This document shows positions 9,000 through 16,024 of a stretch of DNA of 33,947 nt, one piece after another (position 1 is the stretch's first letter; each line of letters starts with the position of its first letter). Below the pieces are notes generated by a model. It ran no database searches. It saw only the letters and a list, made by a program, of their open reading frames with translations, and had not been told where the DNA came from. The translations under genes and the position numbers were made by a program. Source of the stretch: a virus (lineage: Duplodnaviria; Caudoviricetes); the IMG/VR virus record IMGVR_UViG_3300035548_000648, positions 1 through 33,947 of that record. One strand, written 5' to 3'.

Positions 9000-9203
9000 G
9001 TGACGGACAAGTTGAAGCGGATCATCGCTTATTTACTGACCGCCATTGCTGCCGGTATTTTGGCGTTTGCTGAAATCTTCGGTTGGGACCTGCCTGACTG
9101 GAGCGCAATCATGAACGTAATAGTCATCATTGCGTCTCAAGTCTTCGGCATTGAATGGATTCCACCCAAGCGGGCAAGCAACGAAACCGGCGGAAGCGGT
9201 TAG
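9000..9203 (+). CDS. Small two-TM membrane protein
   Basis: AAGGAG RBS before GTG at 9000; two hydrophobic segments and a basic N-terminus. Confidence 0.7.
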   Translation: MTDKLKRIIAYLLTAIAAGILAFAEIFGWDLPDWSAIMNVIVIIASQVFGIEWIPPKRASNETGGSG

Positions 9204-9208
9204 ATGGA

Positions 9209-9471
9209 TTGCCTGGAGACAGGCAAACGAGACGCAATCGTTAACTGTGTTGGCGCCCGGGAAAATTAGACAGGGCTGACCGGGGGCAACCAGTGAGGCC
9301 GTGGGAGCGGCGCATCGCGCATGATGAGTAGTTAAGCTTATGCGATTCTGTTGAATGCACTACCTCCGGGTCAAACCGGACACTGGTTATTGTTGATCTT
9401 ACGGTATAGATGTGTTGGCCACCAAGTACCAGCAATGGTGATTTATATCGCACTATCAACTACCGAGCGCC
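9209..9471 (+). ncRNA. Candidate multi-junction structured RNA
   Basis: Many nested helices with GNRA loops and G-U pairs and no credible CDS; see findings. Confidence 0.5.
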
Positions 9472-9491
9472 GGGGAATCGTGGTGCAACGC

Positions 9492-9579
9492 TGGGGCAAG
9501 GATCAATGAAAGGGAACGGGCTGCAGGCAACGGTAACCGAGTAATGGGATCGATAAAGGTTCAAAACCTTTTGCCTCAA
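9492..9579 (+). ncRNA. Degenerate tRNA-like element with G3-U70 and A73 (Ala-like)
   Basis: Acceptor tggggca/tgcctca and T arm aaagg-ttcaaaa-ccttt; D and anticodon arms are imperfect. Confidence 0.5.
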
Positions 9580-9583
9580 CTTT

Positions 9584-9722
9584 AGGACTGTAGCGAAACG
9601 GTATCGTATCGGGACCCCATTCCGATGAGTGTGTCTGACAGCAGCGTTCAGGCAGAAAATGGGGCATGGAGTTGCAACCATGAAAGCGCTAACCTCTGCA
9701 GGTTCGAATCCTGCCGGTCCTA
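9584..9722 (+). ncRNA. 139-nt tRNA-like RNA with a ~72-nt structured variable region
   Basis: Acceptor aggactg/cggtcct+A, T8A9, D arm gcga-aacggta-tcgt, arm tcggg-accccat-tccga, canonical T arm gcagg-ttcgaat-cctgc. Confidence 0.75.
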
Positions 9723-9845
9723 TACGGCGCCAACCACACGCCGAAACCACGAGGATGTGGGGGAAACATGTTTCACAAACGGCTCTCTCCGGGGCATAGC
9801 CTCCGGGGAGAGGATTTTACCAGAGATCAATGCGAGGTGCAAAAT

Positions 9846-10115
9846 ATGAGCAGTACAGAAATAAAAACCGCTACCAAAACGGTAGCGGTAAGAGGTGGTT
9901 GCAAATTGGTAGATGGCAACCAACGAGATACTACTATCATTCATTTTTCCTGTCAAGAAATCCAATCAATTGATGAGCATCTTGAGTCCATGGACCATCT
10001 CATCCAGGACCTCTTTAAAAACGGGTGCCGGGCAAATCGTGACCTCTTTGCCATGAGGCTTGCAACCCTGGTGCGGCTGACTCGGGAGACCCTCAACGAA
10101 GGGGTACTTGAGTGA
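9846..10115 (+). CDS. Hypothetical phage protein
   Basis: GAGGTG RBS before ATG at 9846; GTGA overlap with bet. Confidence 0.65.
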   Translation: MSSTEIKTATKTVAVRGGCKLVDGNQRDTTIIHFSCQEIQSIDEHLESMDHLIQDLFKNGCRANRDLFAMRLATLVRLTRETLNEGVLE

Positions 10116-10984
10116 ACGATCTGCAGAGCCAGGAAACCGTTTCCGAAGAGAAGATCATACAGTACATGGAAGCCTCGGGAGTCGCCGCTAACCTCAACGA
10201 TCATGAAAAACGGCAGTTTATCGAGGTTGCCAAGGCCTACCAGCTGAACCCTTTCAAACGTGAAATTTACTGCGTGGCCTACGGGGAAGGAGATAACCGG
10301 AGGCTGTCGATCATAACAGGCTACGAGGTCTATCTCAAACGGGCGGAGCGAACCCAAAAGCTTGACGGGTGGAGTGTCGAAACGGCCGGATCGATCAGAA
10401 CTCGCTCCCTCAGAGCCATTGTTACCATTCACCGGAAGGACTGGCAGAACCGGTTTGTACATGAAGCGTGGTGGATTGAGTACAAGCAGAACAACCGTAT
10501 GTGGAACGAGAAGCCGGTGACCATGATCAAGAAGGTGGCCATCGCCCAGGCCTTCCGGTTTTGCTTTCCCGATGAATTCGGAGGCATGCCGTATACAGCA
10601 GATGAACTTTCCGACGAAGAGACCGGATACCGGGATGTTACCGAGGAACATAGTGAAATACAGGAAACTCCGCCGCCGGTGCAGGAAGAAGCTACCAAGG
10701 TTCCGGAGCACTCCGAGGCTATCCCTGAGGATCCGGATGCAAAGATTCGGGAGGATTTCAAGCACAGACTTGACGGGGCGTTTCTCGGGAAACTGATCAC
10801 CAGGGAAGAAAGAAACACGATGGTTGCAAACAGCAAGAAACACTCGGGGAAGACGCTCGACTCTTACATTCGGATGGTAGAGAAGAGGCTCTATGGTCAG
10901 CAGCAGAGGGCAGGGCAGGGGCCTTCTGGATCGGGCTCCGGGGATCCGCAGACGTCGGTGCCTGAAGCGCCGGAAATCTATTGA
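10112..10984 (+). CDS. bet: Phage single-strand annealing protein, Bet/RecT family
   Basis: QLNPFKREIY, IITGYEVY, W..KPVTMIKKVAIAQAFR..FP....G.PY..DE. Confidence 0.88.
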   Translation: MNDLQSQETVSEEKIIQYMEASGVAANLNDHEKRQFIEVAKAYQLNPFKREIYCVAYGEGDNRRLSIITGYEVYLKRAERTQKLDGWSVETAGSIRTRSLRAIVTIHRKDWQNRFVHEAWWIEYKQNNRMWNEKPVTMIKKVAIAQAFRFCFPDEFGGMPYTADELSDEETGYRDVTEEHSEIQETPPPVQEEATKVPEHSEAIPEDPDAKIREDFKHRLDGAFLGKLITREERNTMVANSKKHSGKTLDSYIRMVEKRLYGQQQRAGQGPSGSGSGDPQTSVPEAPEIY

Positions 10985-10993
10985 GGAGTTACT

Positions 10994-11701
10994 ATGGACA
11001 TAGATCGATACATCAAGGAAGCGCACCAAATAGCGATTGACCACGGGTTCTATGATTGCCAACACTGTGGGCTCGACAAAGGGCTTATTTGCAAAGGTGC
11101 AAAGCAATGTGATAGGGATGGTACAGATTGTGGTAGAGCGAGTAACTGTGGAGAATATGCCCCTATTATTTGTTCAGCTTGCCAGAGAACTGGTATCGAA
11201 CCCAACAAAAACATAGGCGAAATGCTTATGTTAATCATTTCTGAACTTGGCGAAGTATTAGAAGCACATCGGTGCGGGCGGTTGGCTGATAAAGAAGTCC
11301 TTGAGTGCTTAATAGGTGATATCGACTCATGCCATGAATACATTCCATGGATACATGATTATGAAGCGGCAATCAAAGACTCGGTTGAGGATGAGCTTGC
11401 CGATGTTTTTATTCGGCTGTTTGATTTTTGTGGATATTTGAGAATTGAGCCAGTAAGAGGAATAAAACAGCAAGGCTTTCTTTCGGAAGATCAGCTTAGT
11501 AATTTTGGAAATTCTCTATCAATACTGTCCCGAAGCATTTTAGCTTTTCCGTTCGTAAAGGAACGCTCTGTATGGGCCAAAGAGCAAATCAATAATCTTT
11601 TGTCTATTTGTCAGTATCACAATATCTCAATCGAAAAGCATATCAAAGTGAAAATGGCCTACAACAGAATCCGGCCCTACAAAAACGGAAAGGCGTATTA
11701 A
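10994..11701 (+). CDS. MazG-like nucleotide pyrophosphohydrolase with a Cys-rich insertion
   Basis: HGFY, LMLIISELGEVLEAHR, EDELADVFIRLFD, KMAYNRIRPYKNGKAY. Confidence 0.8.
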   Translation: MDIDRYIKEAHQIAIDHGFYDCQHCGLDKGLICKGAKQCDRDGTDCGRASNCGEYAPIICSACQRTGIEPNKNIGEMLMLIISELGEVLEAHRCGRLADKEVLECLIGDIDSCHEYIPWIHDYEAAIKDSVEDELADVFIRLFDFCGYLRIEPVRGIKQQGFLSEDQLSNFGNSLSILSRSILAFPFVKERSVWAKEQINNLLSICQYHNISIEKHIKVKMAYNRIRPYKNGKAY

Positions 11702-11711
11702 GGCAATTACT

Positions 11712-12025
11712 ATGAGTAATCCCCGGACAATCATCATCCCCGCGGCCGAGCGTATCAAAACCGGTGAGCGGGGCCTTGTCTCCTTCAAGGTGGGTGAGGC
11801 TTTCGAACAGTACCTTGTGCACCTGTTCCGCTACCAGGAGATCGGGGGAAGCTTATCTGTTACTTCATTGCGCTTCACGGAGAAGATGCGTACAAAGCGC
11901 TTTACCTGAAATCGAGGTCCGGCGTGAAGATTACAACGGAAGAGATTCGGACGATTGCACAGTACTACCGGAAGAAGTACGAGGCGATCACACAACAGAA
12001 CCATGACTTTTTTCGTGTTCTTTAG
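11712..12025 (+). pseudogene. Probable deletion scar joining a truncated 5' gene to an out-of-frame NinG-like 3' fragment
   Basis: A start-less frame at 11840-12025 reads DRGKLICYFIALHGEDAYKALYLKSRSGVKITTEEIRTIAQYYRKK... and ends just before the ssb RBS. Confidence 0.55.
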
Positions 12026-12034
12026 GGAGGAACC

Positions 12035-12631
12035 ATGGCAAACGATATTACCAGCTTCACGGCGGTCGGAAGGCTTACCCGTGATGCAGAATTGCGATAT
12101 ACGAACAGCGGGACACCGTTGTGTAAGTTCAGCATAGCATCGAATTACAGCAGGAAGGTGCATGATAACTGGCAGGAGGAGGTCAGCTATTTTGATTTCA
12201 CCCTATTCGGAAAACGGGCAGAAGCACTTGCTCAGTATCTCACCAAAGGCCAGCAGGTGGTTGTTTCAGGACAGCTGAGACAAGACCGGTGGGAGGACAA
12301 CGGGGAGAAGCGAAGCAGGGTAGCGTTCTTTGCCCAGGATGTACAGCTGATTGGCGGAAAGCCGGCCGGCCAGAGTAACCAGCAGGGGCAGTATGGAGAG
12401 CCCCCTTATCAGGGACCACCGCAGAACCAGCGGGGCGGCTATTCTCAGCAGCCTCCACAGCAAAGGCAACAGCAGAATTCCCGGCAGGGACAGCAACGTC
12501 GACAGGGGGCTAACTCCGGGTATCAGAAGCCGACAGGCGGCTATGATCAGTGGGGCTACCCGATAAACCCCGGACCGAATAATCAGGGCCCGGATCAGGA
12601 AATGGACTTCGAGGACGACATACCCTTTTAA
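12035..12631 (+). CDS. ssb: Single-stranded DNA-binding protein
   Basis: VGRLTRDAELRYT OB fold, Q/G-rich linker, C-terminal EDDIPF. Confidence 0.97.
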   Translation: MANDITSFTAVGRLTRDAELRYTNSGTPLCKFSIASNYSRKVHDNWQEEVSYFDFTLFGKRAEALAQYLTKGQQVVVSGQLRQDRWEDNGEKRSRVAFFAQDVQLIGGKPAGQSNQQGQYGEPPYQGPPQNQRGGYSQQPPQQRQQQNSRQGQQRRQGANSGYQKPTGGYDQWGYPINPGPNNQGPDQEMDFEDDIPF

Positions 12632-12643
12632 GGACAGGATATT

Positions 12644-13741
12644 ATGGGTGCAAAAAAAAGGATGATAGATCCGGGGATCTGGACGGACCCCAAAATCATG
12701 AAACTTTCCTCGGTGTCGGTACTCATCTTCATCGGGATGATCTCGAATGCAGACGATGAGGGAATCATCGAAGCGGAACCGGATAGCCTGTACTTCAGGC
12801 TGGCACGTAAGGATATCACCATAGATATGATCAAAGAGGCCCTGGAAGACTTCGGGGCCTGTGGTCTTGTCCGCCTGTATGGCGGATACGCCTTTTTCCC
12901 GAACTGGTTCAAGTATCAGAACCTGAAAGGGAGAAAGCCGCAGGAGACGAAATTCCGCCGGCCGCCGAAAGAGTATCTGACGGACGAATACCGGAATGAA
13001 TGGCTTGAGACCTTCAGGAGGGGAAGTGAAGCCCCGTATCCCTTTGAGACCTGTTTTTCCAGCGGTGAGTCACCGGTGAGCAACCGGGAAATGGAGGACA
13101 AAGAGCCTGCGACAACTGGTGAGTCACCGGTGAGGCACCGGTGTGCTACCGGTAGTGCACCAGTGACCACAGAAGTGAAGGGAAGTGAAGTGAAGGGAAG
13201 TGAGACTAGTATGCCTGCGGCAGCTTCGGCCGAGCCTCAGCCGGAGCGGGACAGGGAGGTTTCACCACCGGAGGAGCCGGAACCCGATTCCCCGGAGCCT
13301 GTTTTCAAGCTCGAATGCCCGGAGCCGAAAACGCGCAAAGCCTGCAAGGGGAAACCACCTACCGCCGGGAAAGAGCCGGCAAACCCGCTGTACCACTCGA
13401 TCAAGGATTCCTTCCTGGCTGTTGTCGGGGACTTCTCGAACTGGGGCAAGGAAGGCAAGGCGATCCACGGGATCATCGAAAAGTGTACCAGAGCCTCGCC
13501 GGAGGACCCTGCGGGGTGTGCCGAGCGGATGATCGGGGAGTTATGGCGGTTAAAAAATTCCGGGGATCGGTTCTACCGAGATCAGCCCTTTCTCCCCTCG
13601 ACCCTCAACGCTTCGGGAATCTGGGACCGGGTGGCTGAGCAGCTGAAGATCACGGCGGACGAGCTGGAAGGTGCAAGGATGTGGGAAGCGCTTGATCCCT
13701 ACGGGGTGAGAGGCAAAGCAAAGCAGGCGGTAGGAGGCTAA
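12644..13741 (+). CDS. Phage replication initiator / replisome organiser
   Basis: N-terminal KRMIDPGIWTD...IGMISNADDEG...NWFKYQ, internal DNA repeats, and position after ssb. Confidence 0.75.
   Translation: MGAKKRMIDPGIWTDPKIMKLSSVSVLIFIGMISNADDEGIIEAEPDSLYFRLARKDITIDMIKEALEDFGACGLVRLYGGYAFFPNWFKYQNLKGRKPQETKFRRPPKEYLTDEYRNEWLETFRRGSEAPYPFETCFSSGESPVSNREMEDKEPATTGESPVRHRCATGSAPVTTEVKGSEVKGSETSMPAAASAEPQPERDREVSPPEEPEPDSPEPVFKLECPEPKTRKACKGKPPTAGKEPANPLYHSIKDSFLAVVGDFSNWGKEGKAIHGIIEKCTRASPEDPAGCAERMIGELWRLKNSGDRFYRDQPFLPSTLNASGIWDRVAEQLKITADELEGARMWEALDPYGVRGKAKQAVGG
13061..13203 (+). repeat. Iteron-like 11-bp repeats plus a purine repeat; probable replication origin
   Basis: agcggtgagtc/accggtgagca; actggtgagtc/accggtgaggc/accggtgtgct/accggtagtgc/accagtgacca; then (gaagtgaagggaagt)x2. 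Confidence 0.7.
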
Positions 13742-13746
13742 CAGGT

Positions 13747-14160
13747 ATGCAGTGGAACAGCAACTGGAACACGAAAACATTCATGGCGATGTTGCAGCAG
13801 TACTACGGCAAGCTTTCGCCGATCCACGCGGGAGCGCTTGTCGACTGGCTCGATAGCAAGCAGTTTTCAGGGGAGTATCTCAAGCGGCTGTACCAGGAGA
13901 TAACCGAGAGCTACTCAACGAAGTTTGGTCGTCCCTGTGACCTTGCGATCGTGAAGGAAACGCACATGGCCCTTGCGCCTTCGTATGTGCCCCCTGCCCG
14001 GCAGCTTGAGAGTGATCAGCGGATGATCGGGGAGCGGATCGTTGAACGGGAGGAAGGCGCAAAGCTGTTTGCGAGTATCATCGAGAATCTGACGAAGCAA
14101 AAGCGGCGGGTGAAGCCGGAGGATAAGTCGAGGAGAGTGCGGAATGACATTCACAGATAA
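13747..14160 (+). CDS. Hypothetical protein in the helicase loader/inhibitor position
   Basis: Directly follows the initiator; helical, with a KFGRP motif; function inferred from position only. Confidence 0.5.
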   Translation: MQWNSNWNTKTFMAMLQQYYGKLSPIHAGALVDWLDSKQFSGEYLKRLYQEITESYSTKFGRPCDLAIVKETHMALAPSYVPPARQLESDQRMIGERIVEREEGAKLFASIIENLTKQKRRVKPEDKSRRVRNDIHR

Positions 14161-14362
14161 GTACCTGAAAGAAAGGATTCCGGCGGTAAAGACGGTTTTC
14201 AAAGGGGATGATCCTACAGAGAAAGAAATGGTACTTGAGATAACGGACTATGACCGAGGGATCATTGAAATGAGAGCCGGTAATGAATACTACCGGTTTC
14301 GACATGTTGATCTTGAGCGAGCCATTACATCGATGCAGGTGCGGCAAGAGGTAAATGCATGA
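14144..14362 (+). CDS. Hypothetical phage protein
   Basis: GAGGAG RBS; overlaps both neighbours. Confidence 0.65.
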   Translation: MTFTDKYLKERIPAVKTVFKGDDPTEKEMVLEITDYDRGIIEMRAGNEYYRFRHVDLERAITSMQVRQEVNA

Positions 14363-14550
14363 GCGAATATAGTTTGACTAGGGTTTGCGGGAATTGCAGA
14401 AACTTCGAGAAGTGCTTTGCCGAATCTGAGAAGCTTATCGGAATCTATTCTCCGGGCTGTCTTACGGCTGATAAGGAGGAGACACGGCAGATGCCTGCGT
14501 GTGGAGACTTTGAGCCGATGATGAGGCTGGTACCGCTGTCCGGGGAGTAA
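14359..14550 (+). CDS. Small Cys-rich hypothetical protein
   Basis: CGNC...C...C...C; ATGA overlap; GAGGT RBS. Confidence 0.65.
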   Translation: MSEYSLTRVCGNCRNFEKCFAESEKLIGIYSPGCLTADKEETRQMPACGDFEPMMRLVPLSGE

Positions 14551-14573
14551 GGGTGCTGGTATTGGGAGGGGCA

Positions 14574-14750
14574 ATGAGTACGATGATATCGGCGGACTGT
14601 AAGGACCAGCGGGTAGCGGACTCTATCCGCTGGCTCTTGTATGAGCTTGAGAGAGCGAAAGACGGCGAGGTGGTGGTGTCGTTCTTTGTGAAAGGCGGGA
14701 ATGTCCGTGGTGTGGAGAAAGTGGTCAGAGATAAAAGCATAAAGAAATAG
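14574..14750 (+). CDS. Small protein resembling DUF2292/YezD
   Basis: GGGAGG RBS; helix followed by DGEVVVSFFVKGGNVRGVEKVVR..K. Confidence 0.5.
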   Translation: MSTMISADCKDQRVADSIRWLLYELERAKDGEVVVSFFVKGGNVRGVEKVVRDKSIKK

Positions 14751-14842
14751 CTAAATTCATTTATATGGGATATACTATAAAAGCACAGATATGGTGGCGT
14801 TCGTGTTATCCTCATATAAGCAGCGCTCCATAGATGCTCCTG

Positions 14843-14883
14843 AAAAGTCGGCAGAGAAAACTTTCTGTCGGCTTTTTTATTTT
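14843..14883 (+). terminator. Intrinsic terminator ending the early operon
   Basis: Stem gtcggcagaga/tttctgtcggc, 4-nt loop, long T tract, upstream A tract. Confidence 0.8.
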
Positions 14884-14888
14884 CCCCC

Positions 14889-14917
14889 TTGATACAAAAA
14901 TTCTTGCGTGATAGAAT
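14889..14917 (+). promoter_or_regulatory. Putative late promoter (sigma70-type, extended -10)
   Basis: TTGATA-17 bp-TAGAAT with TGn immediately before the -10. Confidence 0.65.
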
Positions 14918-15004
14918 TTTTCCTGTTAGATAACCCAAGGTAAGCATGCTTACCCTGGCCGTTCCGGACGGATTCCGGTCGCTCTAATGGTGCAAGAAGC
15001 AATC

Positions 15005-15074
15005 AGGCGGCGAAGTATCTTAGGTTAAACACTGTAACAGGTGTTTTTCGTGAGCTACTTCGTCGCCTTTTTTT
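15005..15074 (+). terminator. Long hairpin plus T tract in the late leader
   Basis: 13-bp stem aggcggcgaagta/tacttcgtcgcct, inner aaacac/gtgttt, then a T run. Confidence 0.65.
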
Positions 15075-15112
15075 GTGCCCTTTGGCTTTGACAGAGGAGA
15101 GGACGAGAGACT

Positions 15113-15511
15113 ATGGGAAGGCAGGATAGACGAAAGAGTTCAACACAGCGCGGGTATGGAGCAGCCTGGCGTAAGATCCGCATCGAGGTCTTACAGGCCT
15201 GGGGCATCCCAAAGCGACTGTGGCCGAAGTACGATGTGGACCACAATCCCGCCTATGACCCGGCTATTGAACCGGACCACCGAAAGTACCAGCTCATCCC
15301 CCGGCTCCATGCAGATCACAGCAGAAAGACCGCTAAGTTTGACAACGGCTTTGGTAACCGGAAGAAGAGAGAACCCCGACCTGTCTCTCCTATCATCAAT
15401 CAGAGCACAGCCCGCCTTACGGAGGGGGGTGTTTCATCTCTGAGGGAAAAATGCCCAAACCACGCGCCTATACAAACAAACACTCTGTCAGCAAAGGCAA
15501 AGGGGGTATAG
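15113..15511 (+). CDS. HNH-type packaging nuclease (HK97 gp74 position)
   Basis: RGYGAAWRKIR...VDH...HADHSRKT; the zinc-ligand cysteines are absent; sits upstream of terS. Confidence 0.75.
   Translation: MGRQDRRKSSTQRGYGAAWRKIRIEVLQAWGIPKRLWPKYDVDHNPAYDPAIEPDHRKYQLIPRLHADHSRKTAKFDNGFGNRKKREPRPVSPIINQSTARLTEGGVSSLREKCPNHAPIQTNTLSAKAKGV
15423..15490. other. Possible cos region
   Basis: G run followed by ...aaaccacgcgcc... at the HNH-terS junction, the usual cos position in HK97-like phages; exact site not determinable. Confidence 0.35.
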
Positions 15512-15514
15512 GCC

Positions 15515-16024
15515 ATGAGTCGCGGCGGACACAACAAAAAGCCGACTATTTTAAAGCTCACCCATGGCACCTTTCGGGAGGACCGGGCCAACGAGAAGGA
15601 GCCGGAGGTCAAGGCACTTGATGAGACGCCCAAGGCGCCGAGCCACCTCAACAATTTTGCAAAGAACAAGTGGAAGGAACTTGCCCCGGTGCTTGCACAA
15701 ACGAAGGTTCTATCGGAAGCGGACCTCACCATGCTGGAAGCCTTGTGCGAGGCATACGGACAGTACCGGGAAGCACAGTACGCGGTCTACCACTACAAAG
15801 ATGAGGAGACCGGGAAAACCAAAAAGCGCAGTTTAGCCCAGTACATGAGTGGTAAGAATTCTCAAACCATGCCTGAGTACACGGCCATGCGGCAGGCGTT
15901 GTCCATGGTCAAAACCATATCCGCAGAGTTCGGGCTCTCGCCTGCCACCCGCTCCCGTGTGAATGCAATCGAAGAGGCGGAAGCGAAGGACCCTATGGAG
16001 TGCCTTCTGGAAGGGGCCGGATGA
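15515..16024 (+). CDS. terS: Terminase small subunit, P27 family
   Basis: KKPTILKLTHGT, APSHL...KW, EFGLSPATRSR. Confidence 0.92.
   Translation: MSRGGHNKKPTILKLTHGTFREDRANEKEPEVKALDETPKAPSHLNNFAKNKWKELAPVLAQTKVLSEADLTMLEALCEAYGQYREAQYAVYHYKDEETGKTKKRSLAQYMSGKNSQTMPEYTAMRQALSMVKTISAEFGLSPATRSRVNAIEEAEAKDPMECLLEGAG

Noticed and set aside
9492-9579. Bona fide tmRNA
   Set aside because: It is too short, has no tag reading frame, and lacks the GGxTTCGA 5' motif.
9621-9690. Hammerhead-like words (ccgatga...gaaa)
   Set aside because: The core is not CUGANGA and the stems do not flank it in hammerhead order.
9241-9849. Short ORFs across the structured tract
   Set aside because: They conflict with each other, lack convincing RBSs, and overlap clear tRNA-like arms.
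9953-11107. 384-aa minus-strand ORF, and similar shadows such as 20716..21624 and 28398..29036
   Set aside because: They are antisense to well-supported genes and have no motifs or RBS.
12360-12600. CAG-rich repeats in ssb
   Set aside because: This is the ordinary Q/G-rich SSB linker.
13061-13203. CRISPR array
   Set aside because: The repeats are short, tandem, intragenic and have no spacers; no cas genes are present.
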